Shown here: positions 56,239-64,000 of the stretch, one piece after another
How the letters are laid out: each line of letters opens with the position of its first letter
How positions within the stretch are numbered: the stretch's first letter is position 1
DNA from: a bacterium
Lineage (GTDB): Bacteria > Elusimicrobiota > Elusimicrobia > UBA1565 > UBA9628
NCBI GenBank assembly: GCA_021782205.1
Contig: JAJXVH010000005.1
Coordinates: forward strand, 6,833-70,832
Length of the DNA stretch: 64,000 nt
Direction of reading: 5' to 3'
Translations under genes and position numbers: made by a program
The notes under the pieces: model-generated
What the model saw: only the letters and a program-made list of their open reading frames with translations
Told to the model about the DNA's origin: nothing
The model's database searches: none

Positions 56239-56374
56239 CACGGGCGATTGTAAGATAATCCAGCGGACGGCGCCAGGAAATTTCAGCGCGGCGAAGAAAG
56301 ACAGTCGACAATATGGCGGTCCTTTCGCTCGGAGCATCGATAGTCCGAGCTGACGCTGCCGTGGGTGCGCCATT

Positions 56375-57106
56375 CTAAGGCCGCCGCTGGACCCTGGTCG
56401 GTTCGGCCGGAACGACGTCCCCCGATAGGACGGCGGCGAATTGCTGACCTAATAAAAGTTGGGGATGATTACGCGCCTTCCCATGCCCTTTCCCATGGGC
56501 AAGGCCGAGGAAATAACTGGCTCGTCCCGCTCCGAATTCGCAGTAGATCCTGTAGGGTGTCTCGGCGCAGAGTTCCACGATTCTCTTCTCCGCATGGCCA
56601 AGCGTGAATTGGAGGCCCGCGCCGTATCCATCGTAGAAATATTTTATATGCCCAACGTCCCGAAACCGGATATCGGCGGGGGAAACGGATTCATGCGCCG
56701 CCGCCATGCCGACGGCCACCATCTTGATCGGCGTCTCTGCGCCGACAATCTCAATTTGGGCGGAGGATTCTTGCGAACCCTGGCGGGCGCGATCACGGAG
56801 GGTTTTTTGAAGAAACCTTGTATAGACGCTGAAGAAATAGCCCTCCTGGCAGAACAAGCCGTCGGCCACACGATCTTCAGGGCACGCGTCACGGGGGCTC
56901 AATCCCCGCTCCTGCCGCGAGACCCCCGCGTAAAACATGGGCAGCGCCGCCCGGCCTTTCGGAAAACCGATGGACGCATACATCAGAGCGCGCGTATGGC
57001 CCCCTCCCTTTTTCCAGTAAGCGAAAAGGAAAAAAGCCAAGATCGTGGCGTAGCCCAGGATCGGAAGAACGACGGCGCGGCGCGGCGATCGGCCGTTCTC
57101 AGGCAT
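56375..57106 (-). CDS. hypothetical membrane-anchored protein
   Basis: ATG at 57106 gives MPENGRSPRRAVVLPILGYATILAFFLFAYW; overlaps the start of 57099..57941 by 8 nt. A competing plus-strand ORF 56459..57166 cannot be excluded from codon bias alone. Confidence 0.3.
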   Translation of the reverse strand: MPENGRSPRRAVVLPILGYATILAFFLFAYWKKGGGHTRALMYASIGFPKGRAALPMFYAGVSRQERGLSPRDACPEDRVADGLFCQEGYFFSVYTRFLQKTLRDRARQGSQESSAQIEIVGAETPIKMVAVGMAAAHESVSPADIRFRDVGHIKYFYDGYGAGLQFTLGHAEKRIVELCAETPYRIYCEFGAGRASYFLGLAHGKGHGKARNHPQLLLGQQFAAVLSGDVVPAEPTRVQRRP

Positions 57107-57941
57107 GGACGCCGAACTCCAGTTCCTTTTCTCTCCACGGGTCCGGACCCTGGCTGTCGTGGGTGAAGTGGTCGATGACGGCGTAGAGAAGCGTCGTCGC
57201 GAAGAGCGCAAGGTAGACAGAAAGGCGCAACTCACAGAACCGGAACAGATTGTCCAGCAGAGCCACGCAGCCTCCGAAGAGCAACTGCAACTTCCGGTTG
57301 TTGGGCGAGGTCTTGGGATCGGTGATCATGAAAAAACAGACGAGCTGGAACATCGGGCCCAGCATCGTTCCCCAATAGAACCAGATCGAGACGCCCTGCA
57401 CCGCGCTGCGGACCAGGCACCCCAGAAAAAAAACCCAATAGTATGCGATCGATGCTGCCCAACGATCCGCCATCCAAGACAACCACGCGCCCAGAACGAA
57501 GATGATTAGAGTCCACTCGAAGGAGCCGGCCCAGCGCGACGGATTCGGAGCGATGCCGCCGGAAAGGCCGATCGCCGCGACGAGGATGCCGAAGTTGTTC
57601 GGATTGAAGATATGCCGTCCGTTCCAACGAAAGAACAATTTGGAGCCGATGGCAAGGAAGACGATCAACGCGTAGTAGCGGTTGGCGGCGCTGTCGACCA
57701 TGAGGAAAGGTCCGACGGACGCGAGCATCCCGCTGATGGGGAATATCCAGCGGTCGTATTTAACGCGGTTAAAGATCAAATCCAGGATGCCACCCGCGGA
57801 AACGCAAGTTAAAAGTTGACTCCAGGTCCTGCCGAAACCGGCGAACGACAGGGCCCGGTAACAGAACAAAGCGAACACGAGAGCCAGCCAGACCCGAGCA
57901 TCCTTCCAGGTCGGAACGGCGATCGACAGGGAACCACTCAT
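57099..57941 (-). CDS. polytopic integral membrane protein (possibly NqrB/RnfD-like)
   Basis: Multiple hydrophobic helices; motif FFMITDPKTSP; assignment uncertain. Confidence 0.4.
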   Translation of the reverse strand: MSGSLSIAVPTWKDARVWLALVFALFCYRALSFAGFGRTWSQLLTCVSAGGILDLIFNRVKYDRWIFPISGMLASVGPFLMVDSAANRYYALIVFLAIGSKLFFRWNGRHIFNPNNFGILVAAIGLSGGIAPNPSRWAGSFEWTLIIFVLGAWLSWMADRWAASIAYYWVFFLGCLVRSAVQGVSIWFYWGTMLGPMFQLVCFFMITDPKTSPNNRKLQLLFGGCVALLDNLFRFCELRLSVYLALFATTLLYAVIDHFTHDSQGPDPWREKELEFGVHA

Positions 57942-59707
57942 CGCGCCTTCTCCCGGAATCCATGGCCTTCAACGATCGTGTAATACCTTCCCGGCGCAGG
58001 CGCATCGAGCGTCTCCTCCAACCCGCTTGGCCAGCGGATACGGATTTTGTCGACGCGATGCGTCCCGAGACCGAAATGAATCCGGCCGTCGCTTTGTGCG
58101 GCGTAGCCGTTGAAGGGCTCCTTGTCCCGTTTCAGTATGCGCCCGTCGTCTAAGAGGGCCGAAACCGCGGCACCGATCGCGTCGCGGTTGCTCTTGGTGC
58201 CGATCAGGCGAAACCCGATCCACGAACCTCGCCGCGGCGTGTCGTTACGGTAAAGATCCGGTTCTTGATTCTGATTGGCGACCACCAGCCCGAGACGGCC
58301 ATCGTTCATGAAATCGATGACGGCCACGCCGCGCCCCTCATGGGAATCGGGATCGAATCCGATGTCCCGCGCGACGTCCACAAAACCCCGGCCGGTATTG
58401 ATGAAGACGCAGTCCCGCTGCGGTCCGGTAAAGCGGGTGTTCGGGAGGAACGGCGGCCACACGTTCGGTCGACCGCTCAAGAATTTGGGGCCGCTGACGA
58501 GAGTGGCGAACTTGAACCAGTACCCATGAGGCGTGCCCGTCGTCTGGGAAATAAACCCGTTGGCCACGACGAGGTCCAAGAGCCCGTCGTTACTCAGGTC
58601 GGCGAATTTCGCCCCCCACGCCCAGCCGCAGCGGTCGACGCCTAGAGGCCGGGCGACGTTGACAAATTTCCCGTGATCATACGTCCAGAGGGCATTGCCT
58701 CCCACGAAGTAGCCGGGTTGATAGGCGTGGCCGACGAACACGACCGGATTGGGGAAGGCATCCAGGTGAGCGATCTCCGCCGTCATGCCCGTGTTCGATA
58801 AAGTCTTTCCAATGGCGGATGGCGTGGCCTCGAACTTTTGCCCGCGGTCAAAGAATACCCGGTCGTTGCCGAAATCCGAGGCGACCCAGAGGTCCTGCCG
58901 ACCCCGGCTGCGGAGGTCTCCCACACCGAGAGCGTGCGTGTGCGTCGGCCGACTTTCGGCGAGAAGCTTGTCGTCCTTAACGAAGCGGCACTGGCCGATG
59001 TTCCGGAAAGCCTGGACGGAACTGCCGCCATCGGAATTCACCATGCTGTTGGGCAGATCCTCAAGGCCGCTGCTTGCCACGACAATGTCCAGCAGCCCAT
59101 CCTTGTTGATGTCGAGAATGTTGACCCCGCCGGTGAACTCTCCGACCCCGGTGTCCAGTATGCCGTGGATTCTGTACTTGCCGCGGCGATCCTGCGTATA
59201 CAGGATCGTCGAGGAACGATTGAAGACGAGCATGGCCGGCTTGCCGCTGTTGTCGCAGTCGAAAAAAACGGCACGGGTCGGGGAACCCAGGTCCGCGATG
59301 TTGTAATCAGAGGCTTTATCGGTGAAAGTTCCGTCCTTGTTATTGATGTAGAGACGCGATCTGGCGCCGCTCTTTTGCGACGGCAAGAAGATGTCAGGCC
59401 AGCCGTCGCCGTTGATGTCGACGACGGACACGGACGCCGATATGGATTCGAACCATTTGCCCAAGTGCGTGAGATCGCGGTTCTGAAGGTAGCCGTCGAC
59501 GTCGACTCCGTGGCGAAAATGTATGCCGCTCAGTCGGGAGACTTCCGTTAAACGCACGCGCTGTGTCTCATCCAGGGCGCCGCCGTAACGCCGGTAGAGC
59601 GACGGCTTGCGAAATAAAGGGATGAACACCAAAAAAAGAACCAGGCCGGTGAAAAAAATTCGAGCGACTTGAAAAACCGCACTGTGGGTCGCGCTCTCCT
59701 TATTCAT
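57938..59707 (-). CDS. CRTAC1-family protein (FG-GAP/VCBS repeats + ASPIC/UnbV C-terminal domain)
   Basis: N-terminal TM helix; repeated D(I/L)(N/S)xDGxxD(I/L)(V/F) motifs (DINGDGWPDIF, DINKDGLLDIVV, DLSNDGLLDLVV, DFMNDGRLGLVV); C-terminal IRWPSG. Confidence 0.7.
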   Translation of the reverse strand: MNKESATHSAVFQVARIFFTGLVLFLVFIPLFRKPSLYRRYGGALDETQRVRLTEVSRLSGIHFRHGVDVDGYLQNRDLTHLGKWFESISASVSVVDINGDGWPDIFLPSQKSGARSRLYINNKDGTFTDKASDYNIADLGSPTRAVFFDCDNSGKPAMLVFNRSSTILYTQDRRGKYRIHGILDTGVGEFTGGVNILDINKDGLLDIVVASSGLEDLPNSMVNSDGGSSVQAFRNIGQCRFVKDDKLLAESRPTHTHALGVGDLRSRGRQDLWVASDFGNDRVFFDRGQKFEATPSAIGKTLSNTGMTAEIAHLDAFPNPVVFVGHAYQPGYFVGGNALWTYDHGKFVNVARPLGVDRCGWAWGAKFADLSNDGLLDLVVANGFISQTTGTPHGYWFKFATLVSGPKFLSGRPNVWPPFLPNTRFTGPQRDCVFINTGRGFVDVARDIGFDPDSHEGRGVAVIDFMNDGRLGLVVANQNQEPDLYRNDTPRRGSWIGFRLIGTKSNRDAIGAAVSALLDDGRILKRDKEPFNGYAAQSDGRIHFGLGTHRVDKIRIRWPSGLEETLDAPAPGRYYTIVEGHGFREKAR

Positions 59708-59806
59708 GGCAATAGGGTACTTATTCTAACCTACTTTTATCGAAGCAGATCCTACATGACGGGCTTTTTTGTATTATCGAGGTAATCGACGCGGAGGGCT
59801 TACGAT

Positions 59807-60562
59807 ATGGGCGGACATTCCCACTGGGCGAACATCAAGCACAAGAAGGGCGCGGCGGACGCCAAGCGCGGCAAGGCATGGACGAAATGCTCGCGCGAGA
59901 TAACGATCGCGGCGAAGCTGGGCGCCAGCGGCGATCCGGGCTCCAACCCACGATTGCGCAAGGCCATGGATGACGCGAAGGCGGTCCAGATGCCCGCCGA
60001 CACGATCAAGCGCGCGATCATGCGCGGCACCGGAGAGCTGGAAGGCGCGGCTTTCGAGGAACTGACCTATGAGGGCTACGCGCCCGGCGGCGTGGCCCTT
60101 CTCATCGAGTGCACTTCCGACAATCGCAACCGCACCCGCGGCGACGTGCACACCATCATGGCCAAGAACGGCGGCAGTCTGGGCGCGCCAAACTCGGTGG
60201 CGTGGATGTTCAAGGCGAAAGGGCTGATCGTCGTCAAGAAGGACGGCGCGCCGTCCGAGGACGACGTGATGGGCGCGGCCTTGGACTTCGGCGCCGAGGA
60301 TTTCAAGCCTGTCGGCGACGCCTACGAAATTTATACTCAGCCCAACGACCTGCAGAAGGTCCGCGACGGCCTGGTCGGCAAGAAGATCTCGGCCGCCACG
60401 GCCGAGGTCACGATGATCCCCGACAACGTCGTCTCGGTGGGCGAGGCCGACGCGGCGAAGGTGCTCAAGCTCGTGGACCTATTAGAGGCGCTCGACGACG
60501 TCAAGAACGTCTACGGCAACTACGACATCGCCGACGCGGTCCTGGAAAAGCTGGCCGCCTGA
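59807..60562 (+). CDS. yebC: YebC/PmpR-family transcriptional regulator
   Basis: MGGHSHWANIKHKKG..; about 250 aa; precedes ruvCAB as in many bacteria. Confidence 0.9.
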   Translation: MGGHSHWANIKHKKGAADAKRGKAWTKCSREITIAAKLGASGDPGSNPRLRKAMDDAKAVQMPADTIKRAIMRGTGELEGAAFEELTYEGYAPGGVALLIECTSDNRNRTRGDVHTIMAKNGGSLGAPNSVAWMFKAKGLIVVKKDGAPSEDDVMGAALDFGAEDFKPVGDAYEIYTQPNDLQKVRDGLVGKKISAATAEVTMIPDNVVSVGEADAAKVLKLVDLLEALDDVKNVYGNYDIADAVLEKLAA

Positions 60563-61080
60563 TGGCGAAGGTCCTGGGTGTCGACCCGGGGATGCACGAG
60601 ACCGGTTGGGCCGTGCTCGACGGCGAGGCGACCGCCCCTCGCCTGTTGGCCTCGGGCGTCATCCGAACTTTGCCGGGCGTGCCCCTGCCCAAGCGCCTGA
60701 AGGCCATCCATGCGGAGTTGGCCGCCGTGCTGGCGGCGCACGCGCCTGAGGCCTGCGCCATGGAGGAGATGTTCTTCACCACGATCGCCACCACGGTGCG
60801 CGCCACGCTCCAGGCCCGCGGCGTGGCTGTGCTGGCCGTCGCGCAGGCCGGCCACGACGTGCACGAATACAATCCCAAAACCGTCAAGCTGGCGCTCACC
60901 GGCTCCGGCCGCGCCGAGAAAGCCCAAATGCAGATCGTCGTCCAGAAAGCCTTGGGTCTTAAGGAAGTCCTGCGTCCGAACGATGTGGCCGACGCCGCCG
61001 CGATAGCCCTATGCCATATGCGCTCGGGCCGGATGAAAGGGCTGCGGGTTCTCGACTCCTGGGGAGGCGGCCGAAGGTGA
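60562..61080 (+). CDS. ruvC: Holliday junction resolvase RuvC
   Basis: ATG overlaps the yebC stop (TGATG); MAKVLGVDPGMHETGWAVLD (catalytic Asp), ..YNPKTVKLALTGSGRAEKAQ.. Confidence 0.85.
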   Translation: MAKVLGVDPGMHETGWAVLDGEATAPRLLASGVIRTLPGVPLPKRLKAIHAELAAVLAAHAPEACAMEEMFFTTIATTVRATLQARGVAVLAVAQAGHDVHEYNPKTVKLALTGSGRAEKAQMQIVVQKALGLKEVLRPNDVADAAAIALCHMRSGRMKGLRVLDSWGGGRR

Positions 61081-61697
61081 TCGCCTCGTTGCGCGGCGTC
61101 GTGCTGACCAAGGACCTGGAAGCCGTGGTGCTGGAGACCGGCGGCGTGGGCCGAGAGATCCACGTCACCGCGTCGACCGCCTCGCGCCTGCCGGCGCCCG
61201 GCGGCGAGGCGCTTCTGTTCGTCATCCCCTCCTACGCGATGTACGGCGGCGGCGAAACGCTGTACGGCTTCATTGATCCCGCGGAAAAAGCCCTGTTCGT
61301 CGCGTTTCGCGATGAGATCCCCGGCACCGGCGCCAAGAAGGCGCTGGAGTATCTGGACAAGGCGTCGAAATCCCTGCCGGATTTCCGCCGCGCGGTCATC
61401 GAGCGCGACGAGAAGATGCTGTGCGCGGTGTTCGGCTTTACCAAGAAGACCGCCGCCAAGCTCCTCGACGCGCTCAAGGGCAAGCTCGACGACGTGCGCA
61501 TCGAGGGCGCTCCACGCGTCCAGCGCGCCGATCCCGCCCTGCCCGCCGGCTCCTGGTCCCAGGCGCTGTCCGCGCTGGAGGCGCTGGGCTACAGGAACTC
61601 CGAGGTGCGTAGCACCCTGCAGTCGCTGGCCGAGGAGCACGGCGGCCGCGAGGTGCCGGCCGACCAGCTGGTGCGCCAGGCGCTCAAGAGGCTATGA
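61077..61697 (+). CDS. ruvA: Holliday junction DNA helicase RuvA
   Basis: GTG at 61077 (GTGA overlap with ruvC) after GGGGAGG; VIASLRGVV.. N-terminus. Confidence 0.8.
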   Translation: MIASLRGVVLTKDLEAVVLETGGVGREIHVTASTASRLPAPGGEALLFVIPSYAMYGGGETLYGFIDPAEKALFVAFRDEIPGTGAKKALEYLDKASKSLPDFRRAVIERDEKMLCAVFGFTKKTAAKLLDALKGKLDDVRIEGAPRVQRADPALPAGSWSQALSALEALGYRNSEVRSTLQSLAEEHGGREVPADQLVRQALKRL

Positions 61698-62725
61698 CGG
61701 CCAACGCGCGCGATGAATCCGTCCTGAACCCCGGAGCCAAACCCGCCGAGGAGCCCGCCGACCGCGCCCTGCGGCCGAAGACGCTGGAGGAATTCATCGG
61801 CCAGGAGTCGCTCAAGGCCAACCTGCGCGTCTTCATCCAGGCCGCCAAGCAGCGCCGCGAGCCGCTGGACCACTGCCTGTTCTACGCGCCGCCGGGCTTG
61901 GGCAAGACCACGCTCGCCAATATCCTGGCGCGCGAGATGGGCGTCAACCTGCGGACCGCAAGCGGTCCGATTTTAGAGCGGGTCGGGGACCTGGCCGCGC
62001 TGCTCACCGACATCTCCGAAGGCGACGTGTTCTTCATCGACGAGATCCACCGCCTCAATCCTCTCGTTGAGGAGGCGCTGTATCCGGTGATGGAGGACTA
62101 CACCTTCTTCATCTCCACCGGCAAGGGCCCCGCCGCGTCCACGCTGAAGCTCTCGGTGCCGCGCTTCACCTTGGTGGGTGCGACCACCCGCTCGGGATTG
62201 CTGACCGGCCCTCTGCGCGACCGCTTCGGCATCGTCGCCCAGTTGGGCTTCTACGGCGCCGAGGAGCTGCGCCGCATCGTCCTGCGCTCCGCGGGCCTTT
62301 TGGGCGCGCCCTGCGAGCCGGGCGGGGCCGACGAGATCGCGCGCCGCTGCCGCGGCACCCCGCGCATCGCCAACCGTCTCCTGCGTCGCGTGCGCGACTT
62401 CGCTCAGGTGGAAGGCGGCGGGACCATCACCACGGCCTCCGCGAAAAGCGCGTTGGGAAAGCTCGAGGTGGACGAAGAGGGGCTGGACCCCATGGACCGC
62501 CGCCTTCTGCGCGCCGTCATCGAAAAATTCGACGGCGGCCCGGTCGGCGTCGAAAATTTGGCCATCGCGGTCAGCGAAGAGCTCGACACCGTCACCGACG
62601 TCGTCGAACCCTACCTGATCCAGGCGGGCTTTCTGTCGCGCACCCCGCGCGGACGCGTCGCGTCGTCGAAAGCCTACGCGCATCTCGGCTTCAAAGCCCC
62701 GAAGCGCCCGCTCGAGCTCCTGTGA
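61694..62725 (+). CDS. ruvB: Holliday junction DNA helicase RuvB
   Basis: ATGA overlap; [48 protein letters not shown]. Confidence 0.95.
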   Translation: MTANARDESVLNPGAKPAEEPADRALRPKTLEEFIGQESLKANLRVFIQAAKQRREPLDHCLFYAPPGLGKTTLANILAREMGVNLRTASGPILERVGDLAALLTDISEGDVFFIDEIHRLNPLVEEALYPVMEDYTFFISTGKGPAASTLKLSVPRFTLVGATTRSGLLTGPLRDRFGIVAQLGFYGAEELRRIVLRSAGLLGAPCEPGGADEIARRCRGTPRIANRLLRRVRDFAQVEGGGTITTASAKSALGKLEVDEEGLDPMDRRLLRAVIEKFDGGPVGVENLAIAVSEELDTVTDVVEPYLIQAGFLSRTPRGRVASSKAYAHLGFKAPKRPLELL

Positions 62726-63849
62726 CTCTCGCCGCGCTCGTCCTGTGGGTGGCCGCGGTCGCGGGCGCGCAGACCGCGGCGCCGTCCCGCGTCCAGGTCG
62801 CCATCGTACGCGGGGCCGTCTCCGCGGCGCTCAGGACCGACGGCGGGGTGGAGGTCGTCGAGCCCGGCGGACGTCGCCGCGCTCTGGAATGGAAAGGCCT
62901 CATCCGACTGCGCCCGCGCGAGGGCGGCCTGCGCCTGGCCGATCTGCGCCTGCCCAGCGAGACGCGCTTGGTCCCCGCCGCCGGCGCGCACGTGCGCGTG
63001 GGGCCGGACCCTTACGAGGGAACCTTGATCCTGCGCCTCGACCCCGGTCAGACGGTCTCCATTATCGAGGACGTGCCCATGGAGGACTACCTGCTGGGCG
63101 TCCTACCCAACGAGATGAATCCCGATTGGCCGCTGGAGGCGCTGAAGGCTCAAGCCGTGGTGGCGCGCTCCTTCGCGTACGCCAATTTGGGGCGCTTTAG
63201 AAAGGAAGGCTTCGATCTGACCGCCGACACGCGCACCCAGGTCTATCGCGGCCTGTCCGGCGTCAACGAGAACGTGCGCGCGGCCGTGCGCCAGACGCGC
63301 GGCGAGGTGCTGGGCTGGAAGGGCCGCCTTCTGCGCACGTATTTTCACGCCTGCTGCGGCGGCCACACCGAAAACGCCGCGGAAGTCTGGGGCGGAGACC
63401 CCGCGCAGACCCCCAGACCCCTGCGCGGCGTCGTCGACAAGTGGTGCCGCACCTCGCCGCAAATGCATTGGAGCGCCTACTTCGCCTGGCCGGATCTGAC
63501 GGCGGCCCTGGAAGAAAAAGCATCCCTGACCGGGACGCTCAAGTCTCTGCGCCTGGGCCGCCGCGACGCCGCCGGATATGCGTGCGACTTCGTCGCGCGC
63601 GCGGGACGCCGCGACGTGCGCGTGAAGGCCGCGGAGGTTCGGCTGGCATTGGGAGCGTCGGACCTGAAAAGCACGAAAATCGGCCGCCTCGTCGCCCTCA
63701 AGAAAGGCGTGGAGTTCTATGGCGCGGGCTCCGGCCATGGCGTGGGTCTGTGCCAGTGGGGCGCGCGTCGCCAGGCCGAGCACGGGCGCGGCTACGAGCA
63801 GATACTGCGCTTCTATTTTCCCGGGGCGACGCTGTCGGTGATCGAATGA
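62722..63849 (+). CDS. SpoIID/LytB-domain protein (peptidoglycan lytic transglycosylase family)
   Basis: GTGA overlap; signal peptide; ..[10 protein letters not shown].. and ..[11 protein letters not shown].. Confidence 0.8.
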   Translation: MTLAALVLWVAAVAGAQTAAPSRVQVAIVRGAVSAALRTDGGVEVVEPGGRRRALEWKGLIRLRPREGGLRLADLRLPSETRLVPAAGAHVRVGPDPYEGTLILRLDPGQTVSIIEDVPMEDYLLGVLPNEMNPDWPLEALKAQAVVARSFAYANLGRFRKEGFDLTADTRTQVYRGLSGVNENVRAAVRQTRGEVLGWKGRLLRTYFHACCGGHTENAAEVWGGDPAQTPRPLRGVVDKWCRTSPQMHWSAYFAWPDLTAALEEKASLTGTLKSLRLGRRDAAGYACDFVARAGRRDVRVKAAEVRLALGASDLKSTKIGRLVALKKGVEFYGAGSGHGVGLCQWGARRQAEHGRGYEQILRFYFPGATLSVIE

Positions 63850-64000
63850 CGCGCGTCCTGCCCCTGTCCGACTACGACTACGACCTGCCCGAGGAGTTGA
63901 TCGCGACGGCCCCGGCCGAGCCGCGCGACTCCTCGCGCCTGCTGGTCATCGACCGCGCGGCCGATCGCCTGGAACATGTCCTCTTTCGCGACTTGCCGCG
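63846..64000 (+). CDS. queA: S-adenosylmethionine:tRNA ribosyltransferase-isomerase QueA (5' part; continues beyond window)
   Basis: ATGA overlap; [37 protein letters not shown] matches the QueA N-terminus. Confidence 0.75.
   Translation, partial: MTRVLPLSDYDYDLPEELIATAPAEPRDSSRLLVIDRAADRLEHVLFRDLP

Noticed and set aside
56459-57166. Plus-strand 235-aa ORF competing with the minus-strand 56375..57106 gene
   Set aside because: I could not decide from third-position G+C sampled by eye. The minus-strand call is kept (low confidence) because it has an N-terminal TM helix and sits in an overlapping three-gene minus-strand unit; flagged as ambiguous.

Overview
High-G+C bacterial chromosomal segment (by eye roughly two-thirds G+C, strong G/C third-position bias), densely coded and mostly housekeeping, with two accessory patches of visibly lower G+C. 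Housekeeping content includes tRNA-Lys and tRNA-Leu, then tig-clpP-lon (no clpX). A class-V aminotransferase and serA flank the first accessory patch. Other core genes are alanine dehydrogenase, a MASE1/CHASE hybrid histidine kinase translationally coupled to a PIG-L deacetylase, pilT, a crotonase plus SDR pair, Xaa-Pro aminopeptidase, an Amidase_2 enzyme, a tandem MscS channel and typA. A Fur/Zur-box-like site precedes a small His/Cys-containing protein, a porin-like protein and a ZnuABC-type transporter. The right end carries yebC-ruvC-ruvA-ruvB-spoIID-queA. Accessory patch 1 is an about 7.9-kb low-G+C island inserted at the 3' end of tRNA-Asn and bounded by a 17-bp direct repeat. The original tRNA terminator is displaced to its far end, and no integrase is present. 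It carries a PD-(D/E)xK restriction enzyme with an N6-adenine methyltransferase (PaeR7I/XhoI-like by size and motifs). It also carries a four-gene operon (gamma-class N6A methyltransferase, a 751-aa protein with an N-terminal GHKL ATPase plus a complete histidine-kinase core, a stand-alone receiver-domain protein, and an HNH nuclease) that I cannot assign to a named system and consider the best candidate for a novel phosphorelay-controlled restriction or defence module. Accessory patch 2 (6.6-10.7 kb) lies between the aminotransferase and serA. It is a polymorphic-toxin-like cassette: a large secreted beta-propeller/Ig-like protein whose C-terminal domain has low G+C, then a low-G+C signal-peptide protein (candidate immunity), then an orphan fragment with a 210-bp, about 94%-identical repeat of the upstream gene's pre-toxin region. 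Further items are a PorV-like outer-membrane protein adjacent to a T9SS-CTD-bearing HEXXH metalloprotease, an 825-codon coiled-coil gene split by one in-frame TAG, and two paralogous zinc-ribbon/CarD-like membrane proteins (one with a (CCTGCG)n microsatellite). There is also a 1703-aa secreted giant protein with a 24-bp tandem repeat behind a perfect 18-bp palindrome, and a 270-bp divergent intergenic region packed with four stem-loops. Coordinates of small features may be off by 1-2 nt.
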